From positions 134,976,001-135,040,000 of the forward strand of contig NC_058368.1 of the NCBI RefSeq assembly GCF_018350175.1: a stretch of 64,000 nt of DNA. Direction: 5' to 3'. The DNA comes from Felis catus (Eukaryota). The translations under genes were made by a program, and so were the position numbers. The notes beneath the pieces are model-generated. The model was not told the DNA's origin and ran no database searches. It saw only the letters and a list, made by a program, of their open reading frames with translations. The stretch's first letter is position 1, and each line of letters opens with the position of its first letter. This document shows positions 11,420 through 23,025 of the stretch, piece after piece.

Positions 11420-12260
11420 ACTAATTGATCACCCTCAAGAAAAATAACCTTAATAAACTAAAAACGAGAATACTTCAAAAATTCATTTAATACTGTTCTA
11501 AAAATAAAATGAAAATATAAACTCTATTGAAACATGAGGCAAATATTTATAGAAAAATGGAGATGATACAGTCAGCTGTTTATGAATTTATGAATTTTGT
11601 AACAGCTTTTCCAACTGCAAATTGTATAAAGTAATCTCAATTTAGAAACAGTGTTTTTCCTTACTCATATCTCATGAAATAATTTTGCTCAAACTTTATA
11701 TATTCACTCTTGACATCACTGACTTTGTCATCATTCAAGCCAATCCTGATGATCTTATACAGCTTCTGGAAAATATCATGTTCAACTCTGTCCAAATTGA
11801 GACAAACGTGTAATGCTGACACAGGAAATTCTATCCCATACCACAGGTACTGATTGCTGTACCCCTTTGTTCTGTGGGTCTATCTACAACTTACTCTTTC
11901 ACTTTTTTAAGTGATTTATAAAATAATATTATTTTTAGTCACCTACAGTACTCACCCGTGAAGTCACATACCCTGAATGATGACTAAAACTTCTTAAAAT
12001 TTCTTCACTTCTCTCTCATAGATCTTATCATATGACCTTTAAAACTATCTCCAAACAAACACACACTGAATTTGTTTTAGGCTACATATCTTACGCCAAT
12101 AGTATTTAGTTGTGTGCAAGTTTTACAGGGGATTCTCAAATATGAGGCCAGTCCCTAAGTCCTGGGGAATAATTATAGGGAAAAATGCTTTTTAATGTCC
12201 AGGTTCTTAACAGTATAAAACAAGATTCTATTTGGCATGAAGGATATGTAACTGACTTGT
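11420..12260 (-). mobile_element. Possible fossil hAT DNA transposon (transposase C-terminal remnant)
   Basis: Minus strand near 11860-11780 reads AISTCGM/DRISCVSITRLSQFGQS across one frameshift, resembling the hAT dimerisation motif; AT-rich flanks. Confidence 0.35.
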
Positions 12261-12269
12261 ACTGTTCTT

Positions 12270-12334
12270 TTAAAATTTTTTAAAACATTTATTCATTTTT
12301 GAGAGAGAGACAGAGTGCAAGCAGGGTAGGAACA

Positions 12335-12379
<45 letters not shown>

Positions 12380-12501
12380 TCTGAAGCAGGCTCCAGGCTC
12401 TGAGCTGTCAGTACAGAGCCCGATGCTGGGCTCGAACCCACAGTGAGATCATGACCTGAGCCAAAGTTGGTTGCTTAACCAACTGAGCCACACAGGCACC
12501 C
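12270..12501 (-). mobile_element. CanSINE carrying an internal (AC)~20 microsatellite
   Basis: TSD ttgtactgttctt at 12257-12269 and 12506-12518. Confidence 0.93.
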
Positions 12502-12559
12502 TTATTTGTACTGTTCTTGAAACTAAAACACCATCTTCACAGAACATATGTAGTGTATT

Positions 12560-13003
12560 GTATGTTCCAGAGGTGGCTGCCCCAGTATATACCATTCCGC
12601 TTACTCTGATGATAGAATATTGACAACCTTCTATAGAGAAGTGGGAAATTCACATTCCCTCGAATCCAGGTGGGTCTAGGAAAGGAGGAAGTGACACTAC
12701 AGGATCTCTCAGGCTAAGTCATAGGGCAATAGAACTTCCACCTGGACCCCATGAGGACCTTTGCCCTGAACACCCAGCCATCCTGCTGTGAGAAACCCAG
12801 GCAAAGGGCACAGACATGCCGATATTCTGGGTGACAGACCCACCAGGAGTCCCAGCAGCAGGCAGCATCAACACTAGCTGAGGTGACCCCACCAAGCCCT
12901 GACCAAACCTCAGATTCATATTTACAAACAAAACAAATATTGTCAATGCTGTAAGCCTCCAAGTTTTAAGGTGGTCTGTTATGCAGCAAGAGATTATCAG
13001 AAC
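12560..13003 (+). mobile_element. MLT1G/H-like MaLR solo LTR
   Basis: cccagccatcctgctgtgagaaacccagg...taagcctccaagttttaaggtggtctgttatgcagcaagagattatcagaac. Confidence 0.7.
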
Positions 13004-13279
13004 GACGCAAGTTTTTCACAGCCAGTAATACACAAAAAATATTTTTATGAACTTAAAGACCTTTTATGTATTTCTGTGAATGCTCATGCTATTTAGAGTG
13101 AAAACCATTGAGATTTTCGTGAAGTTTAATTGTTATCCAATTAATGTATTACGTCTCTCAGTTCATGTTTTCTGTTGATGTTACACATCTGAGACCATGT
13201 TGGCAGAAGTACAAATTGGGACACATTTCCTGGAAGAAAATTCCTATCTTCCCCCTTCCCCACCAGAAAAGGGAGGTCA

Positions 13280-13790
13280 AAGTCTCTTAAAATGTACATT
13301 TCTTTGTCCCAGAAATTCCACTTCAGGAATTTATCATGAGGAAATGATAATGGATACATGCTAAGAATAGATGCAAAGATGTGTATAATGTTTATTAAAA
13401 TATTGAACACAATCTAACAACATAGCCTTGGGTAGTAAGTTCCGGAATATTATTTGGCTATAGAAGATGTAGAGGATGGAGATTTAGACATGGAAACAGG
13501 TTGAAAATATGTCAGCATCTGAAAAAATCAAACTGTTTATAAAAGCATGTAATCCCATTTTCACTATACTAAATATATATGTGCATAAACACTCACAGAT
13601 CTGGAAGGATATACACCAAGGTTGTAACAGGGATTAACTAAAATTGGTAGGATTATGGATTTTGTTCCTTACTTCCCTCCCTTCTCTTTCCCTCCCCTCC
13701 TTTCCCTTGCTCTTCTTTTCAGCTTATCTGAATTTTTCACTTAAAGTTCCATTGATTTGATAATAAAAAGAACTTGAAAATAACTTGAAA
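13280..13790 (+). mobile_element. Ancient L1ME-like 3' fragment
   Basis: ctttgtcccagaaattccacttcaggaatttatc...gatctggaaggatatacaccaag. Confidence 0.6.
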
Positions 13791-13806
13791 AAATTTGTTA
13801 CAACTA

Positions 13807-14365
13807 TGTATTAAGGTTCTCCAGAGAACAGAACCAACACAATGAACCAATAGGATGTGTGTGGGGGGGTGAAGACATTTATTTTAAAGAATTGGCTCAT
13901 GGATTATGGAAGCTGACCAGCTCCTGGGTTAAGCTAGCGACCCAGGAGACAAGGGGTGTAGTTACAGTCCCAGTCTGAAGATCTGAGAGCCAGAAGGACC
14001 AAGGGTGTAGTTTCCATCCAAAGGCTGGTTTGCTTGAGACTTAAGAAAAGTAGTTGTTTCAGTTTGAGTCAGAAAGCAGAAAAAATCTGAGGTCCCCAAT
14101 TGGGACATTGGATGTCCCAAGACATGTCCTAACTAGGCAGGAGAAATTCTCCCTTGCTTAGAAGGCAGCCTTTTTGTTCTATTCAGGCCTTCAAATGATT
14201 GGATGTGGCCCACTCATGTTAAGGAGGACAATCAGTTTAACTCCATCTACAGAGTCAAATGTTAAGCTCATCCAGAGACGCTCTCACAGACACACCCAGA
14301 ATAACGTTTCACCAAAGATCCCAGCACCCCCATGGCCCAGTCGACAAGTAACGTTAGCCTTAACA
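13807..14365 (-). mobile_element. MLT2-type ERVL solo LTR
   Basis: tgtattaaggttctccagagaacagaacc...gaattggctcatggattatggaagctg...ctctcacagacacacccagaataac...catggcccagtc. Confidence 0.85.
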
Positions 14366-14476
14366 GGAAAAAATAATTCCGTGTAAACCCCAGTTGAGAA
14401 AAAGGAGAAATCAAGAGAGATTCAGAATTTAGTCTTTTACGAGCCTCTTGAATTATTTGTCAAAAAGTTGCCCCTT

Positions 14477-14638
14477 GAGGTACTTGGGTAGCTCAGTCAG
14501 TTGAGCGTCCAACTTCAGCTCAGGTCATGATCTTACAGTTTGTAAGTTCGAGCCCCACGTCAGGCTCTGTGCTGACAGCTCAGAGCCTGGAGCCTGCTTC
14601 AGATTCTGTGTCTCCCTCTCTGACCCTCCCCTGCTCAT

Positions 14639-14673
<35 letters not shown>

Positions 14674-14699
14674 AAAAAAAAAAAAAAAAAAAATTAAAA
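14477..14699 (+). mobile_element. CanSINE
   Basis: TSD aaaaagttgcccctt / aaaaagttgtccctt. Confidence 0.95.
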
Positions 14700-16274
14700 A
14701 AAAAGTTGTCCCTTGTTTTAGAACATTGTTTTACTTGATGGGCATTAATGCCCTTAAGTGTTGGGGATGACTAAAAGCATGTGAGGTCTGTTTGTCCCCC
14801 ATTTTTTTACTGTATTTGTAATTCACAGCTTGGGGATGGTATTCTCGTGCCTGACCAGCCTGCACTGTTAGGCGAGGACTCCTTCCTTTCTGTGTGCTCC
14901 TGAATCCCCAGGTGCTGACTTCGGTCATAGGACTTCACCTTATTGTACTGGATTCGTGTGTTTGGGTCCTTCACTTGAGGTAGGCAACCCCAGCCAGAGC
15001 ACAGCACTAAGCCCCAGAGTTGTGCACGCTGCACTGAATGGGAATAAAACCCGTTTTATCCAAGCCACCGATGGAAATGTTCAACCAAGCAGGACTGAGT
15101 ATTGAGCCTTGCCTTTCATTGCAAAACATTTGTCTCCATTTCTGACCATTCCTTCTAAGGAGCTACCTTTGAGCAAGATTTTCCAGTTAGATAATATACC
15201 TTACTTCAAAGTTTTAAAATATAGAATTGCACACTGTCACTCCAGTCAAGCTACTGACTTGTATCCCTATCCAGACCACCATTTTTCCAATTGTAGGGTT
15301 ACAACTGATAACACGTTGTGAAATAACTGGGTGGATTGTTAGTCCTTAAAAGTTGGACAGAAATGATCAGAGGGCCTCTCCTATTAATTTTAAGTATTTT
15401 TGCAGAAAACGTCTGTCTCAGGAACATAGAGATATGTGTGTAATCTGAGTCATGATGTCATACGTCGTTCTTTTTACATTTGGAATCAAAAGCATTTTGG
15501 TGCCATTGATCTAGGTCTTATTTTTCCACAGTCCACGGATGTCTTGCTAAAATTAAGATACAGCCAGGGTCAACTTGTTGGGTGTGAGACCCATTTAGAA
15601 GGCGATCGTTTTGTTGTGCTAGGGCACTAAACTTTGTCAGTCTGTTATTACACAACAAAAGCATATGCAGGGACACGGAAATAAAGAACATTAGGGAGTT
15701 CTTAGAATTCTTAAAGGAGTTTAGAATCTCCAGCTTTGGAAAGCGCTTACAATACTGCAAATTAAATACCCACAGGCTTATCAACACAAGTTAATGGAAA
15801 TATCGTAGCATTGAATAAACACTCCCCCCACGCTATTTTCGTATGAAGCTTGAGACGAACTGATTAATGACAAAACAATTTTTTTAAATTCAAATTTTAC
15901 TGTAACTGAATACATGGCAATATTATGCATAAACATGTTTTGATTTATATGCAGATCACCAAGTCACTTGTAGCATCTTGTACAACCTCTACAGGTTTAC
16001 AAGAATTGTCAGAGGAAACATTAAAAGGCCACTGTATAAATTTACACATAAAATTAAATTCAGACCAACTCAAAACGGTTTTTTTGTGAAAAATTAAATC
16101 CTTTTAGAAAAATTGTTCCACAGGAATCAGTTCTAGATGTGCTATAAACTTCTATTTTGATATCAGAAATTTATCCTAACGTTGTCATGGTGTATAAAAT
16201 ACTCCTAACCAGACTAACAGCTATTTCAGATTTTCCTCACAATTAAAAATTACAAGAAATACTTTCAAAAAAAA

Positions 16275-16477
16275 TTTTTTTTAATGTTTGTTTATTTTTG
16301 AGAGTGAGAGAGACAGAGCATGAGCAGAGGAGGGCAAAGAGAGAGGGAGACACAGAATCCGAAGCAGGCTCTGAACTGTCAGCACAGAGCCCGACGTGGG
16401 GCTCGAACTCACAGACCACAAGATCATGACCTGAGCTGAAGTCGGAAGCTTAACCAACTGAGCCACCCAGGTGCCCC
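16275..16477 (-). mobile_element. CanSINE within the Zaphod-like element
   Basis: Antisense full copy flanked by a ~30-nt duplication. Confidence 0.93.
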
Positions 16478-16570
16478 AGCACAGTAAAAATTACAAGAAA
16501 TATTTTCAATCCTAAGTTTATGAATGACTGATGTCTCTGCACTATTGGCTCCATGGGTTATGCCTCCAAA

Positions 16571-16716
16571 TTCGGCTCAGGTCATGATCTCACAGTTTGT
16601 GGGTTCGAGCCCCACATTGGTTCTCTGCTGTCAGTGCAGAGCCTGCTTGGGATCCTCTGTCCCCCTCTCTCTCTGCACCTGCCCCTCTGGTACCCTCTCT
16701 CTCCAAAGTAAACATT
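16571..16716 (+). mobile_element. CanSINE lacking its 5' head
   Basis: ttcggctcaggtcatgatctcacagtttgtgggttcgagcccc... Confidence 0.85.
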
Positions 16717-16986
16717 TTTCAAAAACTGACCTCACTTTCAATATTGCTTAAAATATTTCAATATTGCTCAAAGTGTGTTTAATGATCTAATAAATGAATT
16801 TAGAGAAATGAGGCAATAAATAATTTGTGATGAAGATCACGTGTGTTGTATTTATTGTATAAAATGACAGCATCAGAAATATTTTTTTTCATAATTTGTA
16901 AGTTTGTGTTGTTACTCCAATATTATCCACATTGTGTTTTATAATAACTTTTTAAATCTTTTATTTTTGTAGGTTTAATGGCACCT

Positions 16987-17091
16987 TTAAGTTATTTATT
17001 TAAGTAATCTCTACACCCAACATGGGGTTTGAAATCACAGCCCTGAGAGCAAGAGTCGCACACTCTTCCAACTGAACCAGTCAGGCATCCC
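16987..17091 (-). mobile_element. Short old CanSINE (no CT tract)
   Basis: ttaagtaatctctacacccaacatgggg...caagagtcgcacactcttccaactgaaccagtcaggcatccc. Confidence 0.85.
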
Positions 17092-17819
17092 AGCACTTTC
17101 TCTTTTTTGAAAACAGACCCTGCATTTTCATTTTGCACAAAGCCCTTCACGATATATACATCATACATGTATGATACATATACATATACATGATATATCA
17201 TACAACATTACATTCAGGTCAAAAAATTGAGTTGGTGATTACATGAACCGATAAAAGGAGTGATCAAGACAAAAAATGAGATACACGTCTTCAAGGAACT
17301 TACAGTCTAGGATTGTGAGTCCAATAATGTTAATCTAGGGCGAAATACGTCATATAAAGAACAAAAGTATTATGAGAGTATAGTGGGAGATTGAATTAAT
17401 CCTTTTCCGGATGACCTCCTAGGATTGCCAAGTAGCTTTAGGGGACATCTTCGATGTTTACAACCTAACTTGATTTCTATCTTCTTCAGGAGGCTTAGGC
17501 CTGGGTCTCCAGTGTCACTTTACCATTGATCCCCTACAAGTCGCAAGTGTATGGGGATTCTGTGAGAAGGAGAAATGCGGTCCTTACCCTCCATTAACAG
17601 CAGCACTGTTATGAGCTGCGGGACGAGTCGGCAGCCGGTCTACTCCGCGCTGCAATGTTTCAATGTACGGTATACTGACACCCTCCCATTCAAAGTCATG
17701 CTTCTAACTGAGGCATAGTCCCAGATCTGTCCACTTATGTCGATTTGGCTTTTAGAGGATCAACACCTGTGCTGAGGCAACCAGGTCCCTGCTGCCTCGG
17801 CCACAACCACTGACTCAAG

Positions 17820-18294
17820 GGTGTGCTGACTAGGTGGCTGCTGACTCTGACCCCCAGACCCCTCACAGGCACAACCCAAGGGCACCTTACTACAGCCTAC
17901 GCCACAGCCCTCCAACCTCACGTCCCAGGATTTTCTGCTGCTGCTGAGACGTGAGACATCCCAGGACCCACTTGGCACCCTCGTACGGACAACCCAAAAG
18001 TACAGGGGAGGGAGTTACCATCCCTTGGGATGAATTTCTCTTGCCATCTGTGGAATGCACTGTCAAGAGGTACAGTAGCTTTGTGTGGCTTCTCTGTAGA
18101 CAACCCCTGAGACCACAGCATAGCTGTCCTGGAAACCATGAGCGGCATCCCCTTCCACGTGCTTTTCCTTTGTCCTGACTTCCTCACTTTTCCCCCCACT
18201 GCTGCCGCCTTAGGATTACACTTCTAAACGAAGTGTTACTACACATGTAAGTTTTTGACTCAGGCCTCATTTTTTAGGTGACGTGGGCTGCGAT
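17820..18294 (+). mobile_element. LTR16-like ERVL solo LTR
   Basis: ccacttggcaccctcgtacggacaacccaaaagtacagggg...gagttacc; 3' end gactcaggcctcatttttt. Confidence 0.6.
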
Positions 18295-18334
18295 ATTAAT
18301 GTGCTGTAGGCGTATTTCAGACACGAGCACGGAA

Positions 18335-18545
18335 GAAGCGCTGTGAACGGACTCAAGCCAGATGCCCGAGTTTGAATCCCAGCTCCTGCATTTAACACCT
18401 GTGTGACACTGGGCAAATCCCTCAGTCTCTGTGTTTTTATTGCCATCTGTAAAACTGGATAATAATAGTAGCTGCCTTGTAAGTTTTTTGAGATGTAATT
18501 TATAACCCTTACCAGGTGCTTAATAGATAAGTGTTAAGTAATTGA
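18335..18545 (+). mobile_element. MIR
   Basis: gagtttgaatcccagctcctgcatttaacacctgtgtgacactgggcaaatcc...catctgtaaaactggataataatag. Confidence 0.8.
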
Positions 18546-18730
18546 AGGATGAAAGAGACACAGACTATCTTTGAATCGCTTTGCTAAAGAAACTGCCTAG
18601 TCAATAGACAGAACCCATTGTCAGACTTCATCTTGCGACCAAATTGAATTCGAGAAACCAAAGACAGAGGTGCCTTCGGAGGTAAAAGTTGGACTGAGGG
18701 AAAAATGAAGCTGAGTGCCCCCTACTATTT

Positions 18731-18880
18731 ACAGTTGTGTGCTGGAGACCTGATTGTTAAATATTCAGGAATTTGTGAGCCAGCTGTTAAAATGTTATTA
18801 GCTTGAAATTGGCCACAGTAGGAGTATTTATACCATGGAAATTGGCAAATGCTGCAAATTAGGACTTTACATTTTTTTCC
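18731..18880. mobile_element. MER63A-like hAT MITE
   Basis: cagttgtgtgctggag...gattgttaaatattcaggaattt...agcttgaaattggccacagtaggagtatttataccatggaaattggcaaatgc. Confidence 0.75.
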
Positions 18881-19201
18881 AATTCTCACAAATGCTGTGA
18901 AGAGTAAGTAGAACTATTTGTTAAGCCATAAAATACTACAAAAAATAGTATTAACATTTGCCTCTCCCACTACTTGATAATGCCTTTGATCTCTAAACTG
19001 TTGGCTCCACCTGAATAGTGAGCCCTTGATGCTTCTGGCCACCACTCATTTCTTCTCCAAGTGCTCAAGGAAAACAAATTGGTGCTCCCTTTGGGACAAC
19101 ACGGGCTAAGAAGTGACGGTCTCAGTTTCAATCCCCTTGCATAACACATATTATAAATTTCTTCATTTTGCGCCCAAGTTTTAAAAAGAAAAACATTTGA
19201 T

Positions 19202-19407
19202 GGGGCCCTGGGTGGCTGTCGGTTGAGCCAACTTTGGCTCAGGTCACGGTCTCGTGGTTCATGGGTTCGAGCCCCGCATCGGGTTCTGTGCTGACAGCTC
19301 GGAGCCTGGAGCCTGTTTCGGATTCTGTGTCTCTTCTCTCTCTGCCCCTCCCTCGCTCACACTGTGTCTCAAAAATAAACATTAAAAAAAAAAAACTAAA
19401 AAAAAAA
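19202..19407 (+). mobile_element. CanSINE
   Basis: Head, CT tract, A tail. Confidence 0.93.
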
Positions 19408-19443
19408 TTTGAAATATAAATTTTATCCCACATTTAAAAATTA

Positions 19444-19572
19444 GGGGCACCTGACTGGCTCAGTAGGTAGAACGTGTGACTCCATCTCTGGGTTGTCAGT
19501 TCAAGCCCCACGTTGGGTGTAGGTTACTTAAAAAAAAGAAAAAGAAATAGTAAAAAAAAAAAAAAAAAAAAA
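19444..19572 (+). mobile_element. Short old CanSINE
   Basis: ggggcacctgactggctcagtaggtagaacgtgtgactc...gttcaagccccacgttgggtgtag plus A tail. Confidence 0.88.
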
Positions 19573-20819
19573 AGAATTACATAGATAATTTTGAGAGACT
19601 TGAACTGCTTTCAGTTCCTTGTTCTCTATGCCCATCCTCATACCTGTTCACTAACTTTGCCCACGACTCTTCTATTTGGAGCGCTCTTTCCTCCAGCATG
19701 CTGGCCATGCTCCCTACTAGCCCAGCCTCCACCCAATCCAGCATGTTTTACTTCACAGATCTCTGTCCAGGCAAGTTGGGAACTCATTCCTAATATCCAG
19801 GGTCGGGGGGAAGTGCCTTTCTACATGTCCCTGACGTAGCCTCCTCTCCCTTCCTCCTATTTCTTATTTCTGTATTAGAAACGCCAGCACATGACCACTG
19901 AGATGAGTTGACTTCTGAGTATTCCCGCATAAAGATGTTCAAGATCTATTAAGTGAAAATAATACAAAAAAGAAATAGTCTGCCTTCAGTAACATTTATA
20001 CAAAGAGATATGTTGGGAAATATAAAGAAGAAATTCCAGAAAACAATGGCCAACAGTCATCTCTGAAGAGGGAGTTTTAGTGTTCATTGCATGCTATACT
20101 TTACTGTCACTTTTTTTTAGAAGAGGGCGAGAAAGAAGCCTTTCTGGTCTCTCTTATTAGGCTATGCATTTCTGGTTTATTATTGTATCCCCAACACTTC
20201 GTGCAATGCTCATAGTAGGTGCTCATTAAAAACCAATTACTTTATATAGATTTTTTTCCCCATAATGCCTACATGTATACATTTTCACAGAAGACCAGTT
20301 TTTCTATAGAGGAGCTTACTGGTGTGAGTAGAAAATTAGCAAATGAATCATGAATAGTTCAGAAATTTACAAACTAATGTCTAACAGATGACACAGATAT
20401 GTACACACAAGCTCACTAACAGAAATTACCCACTCAGGATTCTTAAACTACAAAATATTTATTTCCTAATAAATAATGGAAGGGAAAGAAGGCTGATAGC
20501 AAAGGGACCATTTCTGAAGTCTCTGATCACATCCAAGCACAGATGGATCTTCAGAGTTCACCATTAATGCTGGATTTAGTCCATGGCAGGGCTGCTCATT
20601 ATTATCACTTAGGTCCTCTGGTCCTCTGTTTCATTATATTTCAAGGAATATTTTATTTAAAATGTTTCCAGCATCAATGAGTTGGCTATACATACTAGAA
20701 ATGTAATTCAAGCAGACCAAATTTTCATATAGTCTATGGCTTTGAACCAAGGAGTATGTTACCAATGGATGCTACACTCAAAAAGCTACCTTTAGATTTG
20801 AAACTGTATTTATGTATTT

Positions 20820-21000
20820 GAAAATATTATGATATTTTATACATTTATATAAGAAAATTATATACATATTTGTATATAAATTTTACATATAGTCTATATA
20901 AAGATTCTATTATATAGAGTATATTACATAATTTTATAAATATATATATTCATAAATTTACATAAAATGAGAAATTTATATATATTTTTATATATATTAA
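20820..21000. repeat. AT-rich low-complexity tract
   Basis: Degenerate (AT)n-like sequence. Confidence 0.85.
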
Positions 21001-21004
21001 GAAA

Positions 21005-21535
21005 ATCTCAGCTTCTTACTAAGTCTATAAGGGTCTACATAGACTCCCAAGGTCTGACTCCTGCCCATCTCTCTGGCTTATTTCCTTCCATTCACTCCCT
21101 CTCCCTAGACTTCCAGTCATATGGCCTTTGCTGTGTCTTAAATACATATCAAGCTTATTCTTGCTTCAGAGTCTTCGCACTTATGGGACCTCTGAATGGA
21201 AAGATCTTCCCGGCAGACTCCTTTTTATTTGTATCTTGGTACAGATAAATTTTCTTTACCAGTGAGGTCATCCATGGCACCAGATTGAAATAGTGCCCAC
21301 CTCTGTCCCTACCCCTAGATGCCCTACCACAACATCTTACTTTTTAAAAAATACCATTTATCATTATCTGCTCTCATCTAGTACTTTATTATCTCTTTGT
21401 CCCTTGGTTTCCATAGATGGAACCATGGATGGATAAGATCCGTGGATAAGAGCAGGAACTTTGTCTTTCTTATTCACATTCCGCTGACCCAAGAAAGCAC
21501 ATAGTAGGAGCATAAGAAATACAAATAAATGACTC
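21005..21535 (+). mobile_element. L2 3' region
   Basis: ctgactcctgcccatctctctggc...gagcaggaactttgtctttcttattcac...cacatagtaggagcataagaaatac. Confidence 0.65.
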
Positions 21536-22557
21536 AATCAAGACACAGAGATATTTCTAGCCACATTATCCCCTCTCCTTTCTGAGATAAAGAAGCAAAT
21601 GATGTAGCTTCAGGAGACCACAGACTGGCTTGAGCAAAAGGCACACCCAACACTTGGAATGGAGCTACTGTGCCACAGAATGCTCCCAATGGCCTTAGGG
21701 TTTAGAATCTGGAGAGCTGAACAGATTAGAGGCTTCAAGGCACAGAAAACTCCCCTCAATCTATTGGGAAGGGCCTTTGCTTTGGCTTGGGGAACTATTC
21801 TTGGAAATTTTATTTGAGGGCAAGATTCAGAACGTCCACCAATTCCCTTCCATAAATATCCTCTATTCCTGGATGTACCTGAGGATGACTAAGGAGAAAC
21901 AATACCACTGGCAAAAAGTAGTTATGCAGGTTTTCTGGGAGACAAGATAAAATAAAGAATCAGAGGAAAGTGACATTTTTGACATCTACAACACCTTTCT
22001 CACATGACTTCACAGATTCTGTCCCATAGGCATCATTAGCACAAATTTGAGAAGACTGTCAAGAAAGGCCGCACAGAACTGGATTAAACTCCCAGTTCGT
22101 CACTTAGGACAGTCTTCCGTGCTCTGAAGCCCTCTCTTCTGCCTCATCAAGTTTCTCATGAGGTCCTTGAATCACAGCAATACAATTCAAGAGAGGGACA
22201 CAGACAATTATACTACCAATCTCTTAGTTCTTGAATCAGCCTAATATACGCTATACAGATAATGGCTCAAGGGTTCCATTACTATTAACCTATGTCACCA
22301 TTTTATTTAATAGGTTTTTGGCCCAAACTTGTCACCTCAATGGTTTGAATGGTCTATGAGGACAGCTTCACTGTTCCCAACAGCATGTTCTCAATTATAA
22401 AAATCCTGGATTTGGCCTGTTTTCACGTATATTATGACTAGCTTTTATTTTTATGATATGTTACTATATCACTCTATTCATTTTTTATATAAGCCACCTC
22501 AAAGTCATTGCGAAATTAAGCTAAGTATAAATAATAAATTATACAGTATATACTTAT

Positions 22558-23025
22558 TGTGGTAGATAACAAAAAAGCCCATAAATTTTCATGCCTCCTT
22601 TTATCATGGCCTTTGCCAAATGCCTTCTTAACTCCTCCCAGGAGGCAGTAGAATCTATTTTCCCATCCCTTAAATGTGGGCTCGTTTTGGGACTTGCTTT
22701 AGCCAAGAGAATATAGCAGCAATGAGAGTATGCCAGTTCTGAACTCAAGCCTTGAGGCCTTAAATGCTTTTTCTTTCTCTTGGATCCTTGAGACAGCCAC
22801 ATGAATAAGCCCAGTCTGCCTTTCTGGAGGATGAGATACATAAAGACCACTGGTTCCATTGTCCCAATCAATAGCCAGCCACATCCCAGAAACAAACACC
22901 TAGATGATCTGTCACTCACACCAGATTGGTAAGGGTGTCCAGCTAAAACCAGAAGAACTATCCAGCTGAGCCCAGCCTAACTAAGCTAAATAAATGGTTG
23001 TTTTCTTAACTAAAGAAGCCATACT
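22558..23025 (+). mobile_element. MLT1G/H-like MaLR solo LTR
   Basis: tgtggtagat...gaatctattttcccatcccttaaatgtgggct...gacttgctttagccaa...ccagctgagcccagcctaa. Confidence 0.75.

Larger units (their letters stand above)
15400..17150 (+). mobile_element. Fossil hAT-Tip100 (Zaphod-like) DNA transposon, 3' part with degraded transposase
   Basis: Peptide remnants EFLEFLKEFRISSF (15696), QELSEETLKGHCINLHIKLNSD (16000), SEIYPNVVMVYKILLT (16163), DLINEFREMRQ (~16783); terminal-type sequence ccctgcattttcattttgcacaaagccc at ~17118-17145. Confidence 0.75.

Noticed and set aside
17160..17175. 16-bp perfect palindrome atcatacatgtatgat
   Set aside because: Lies in low-complexity (AT/AC) sequence where such palindromes arise by chance.
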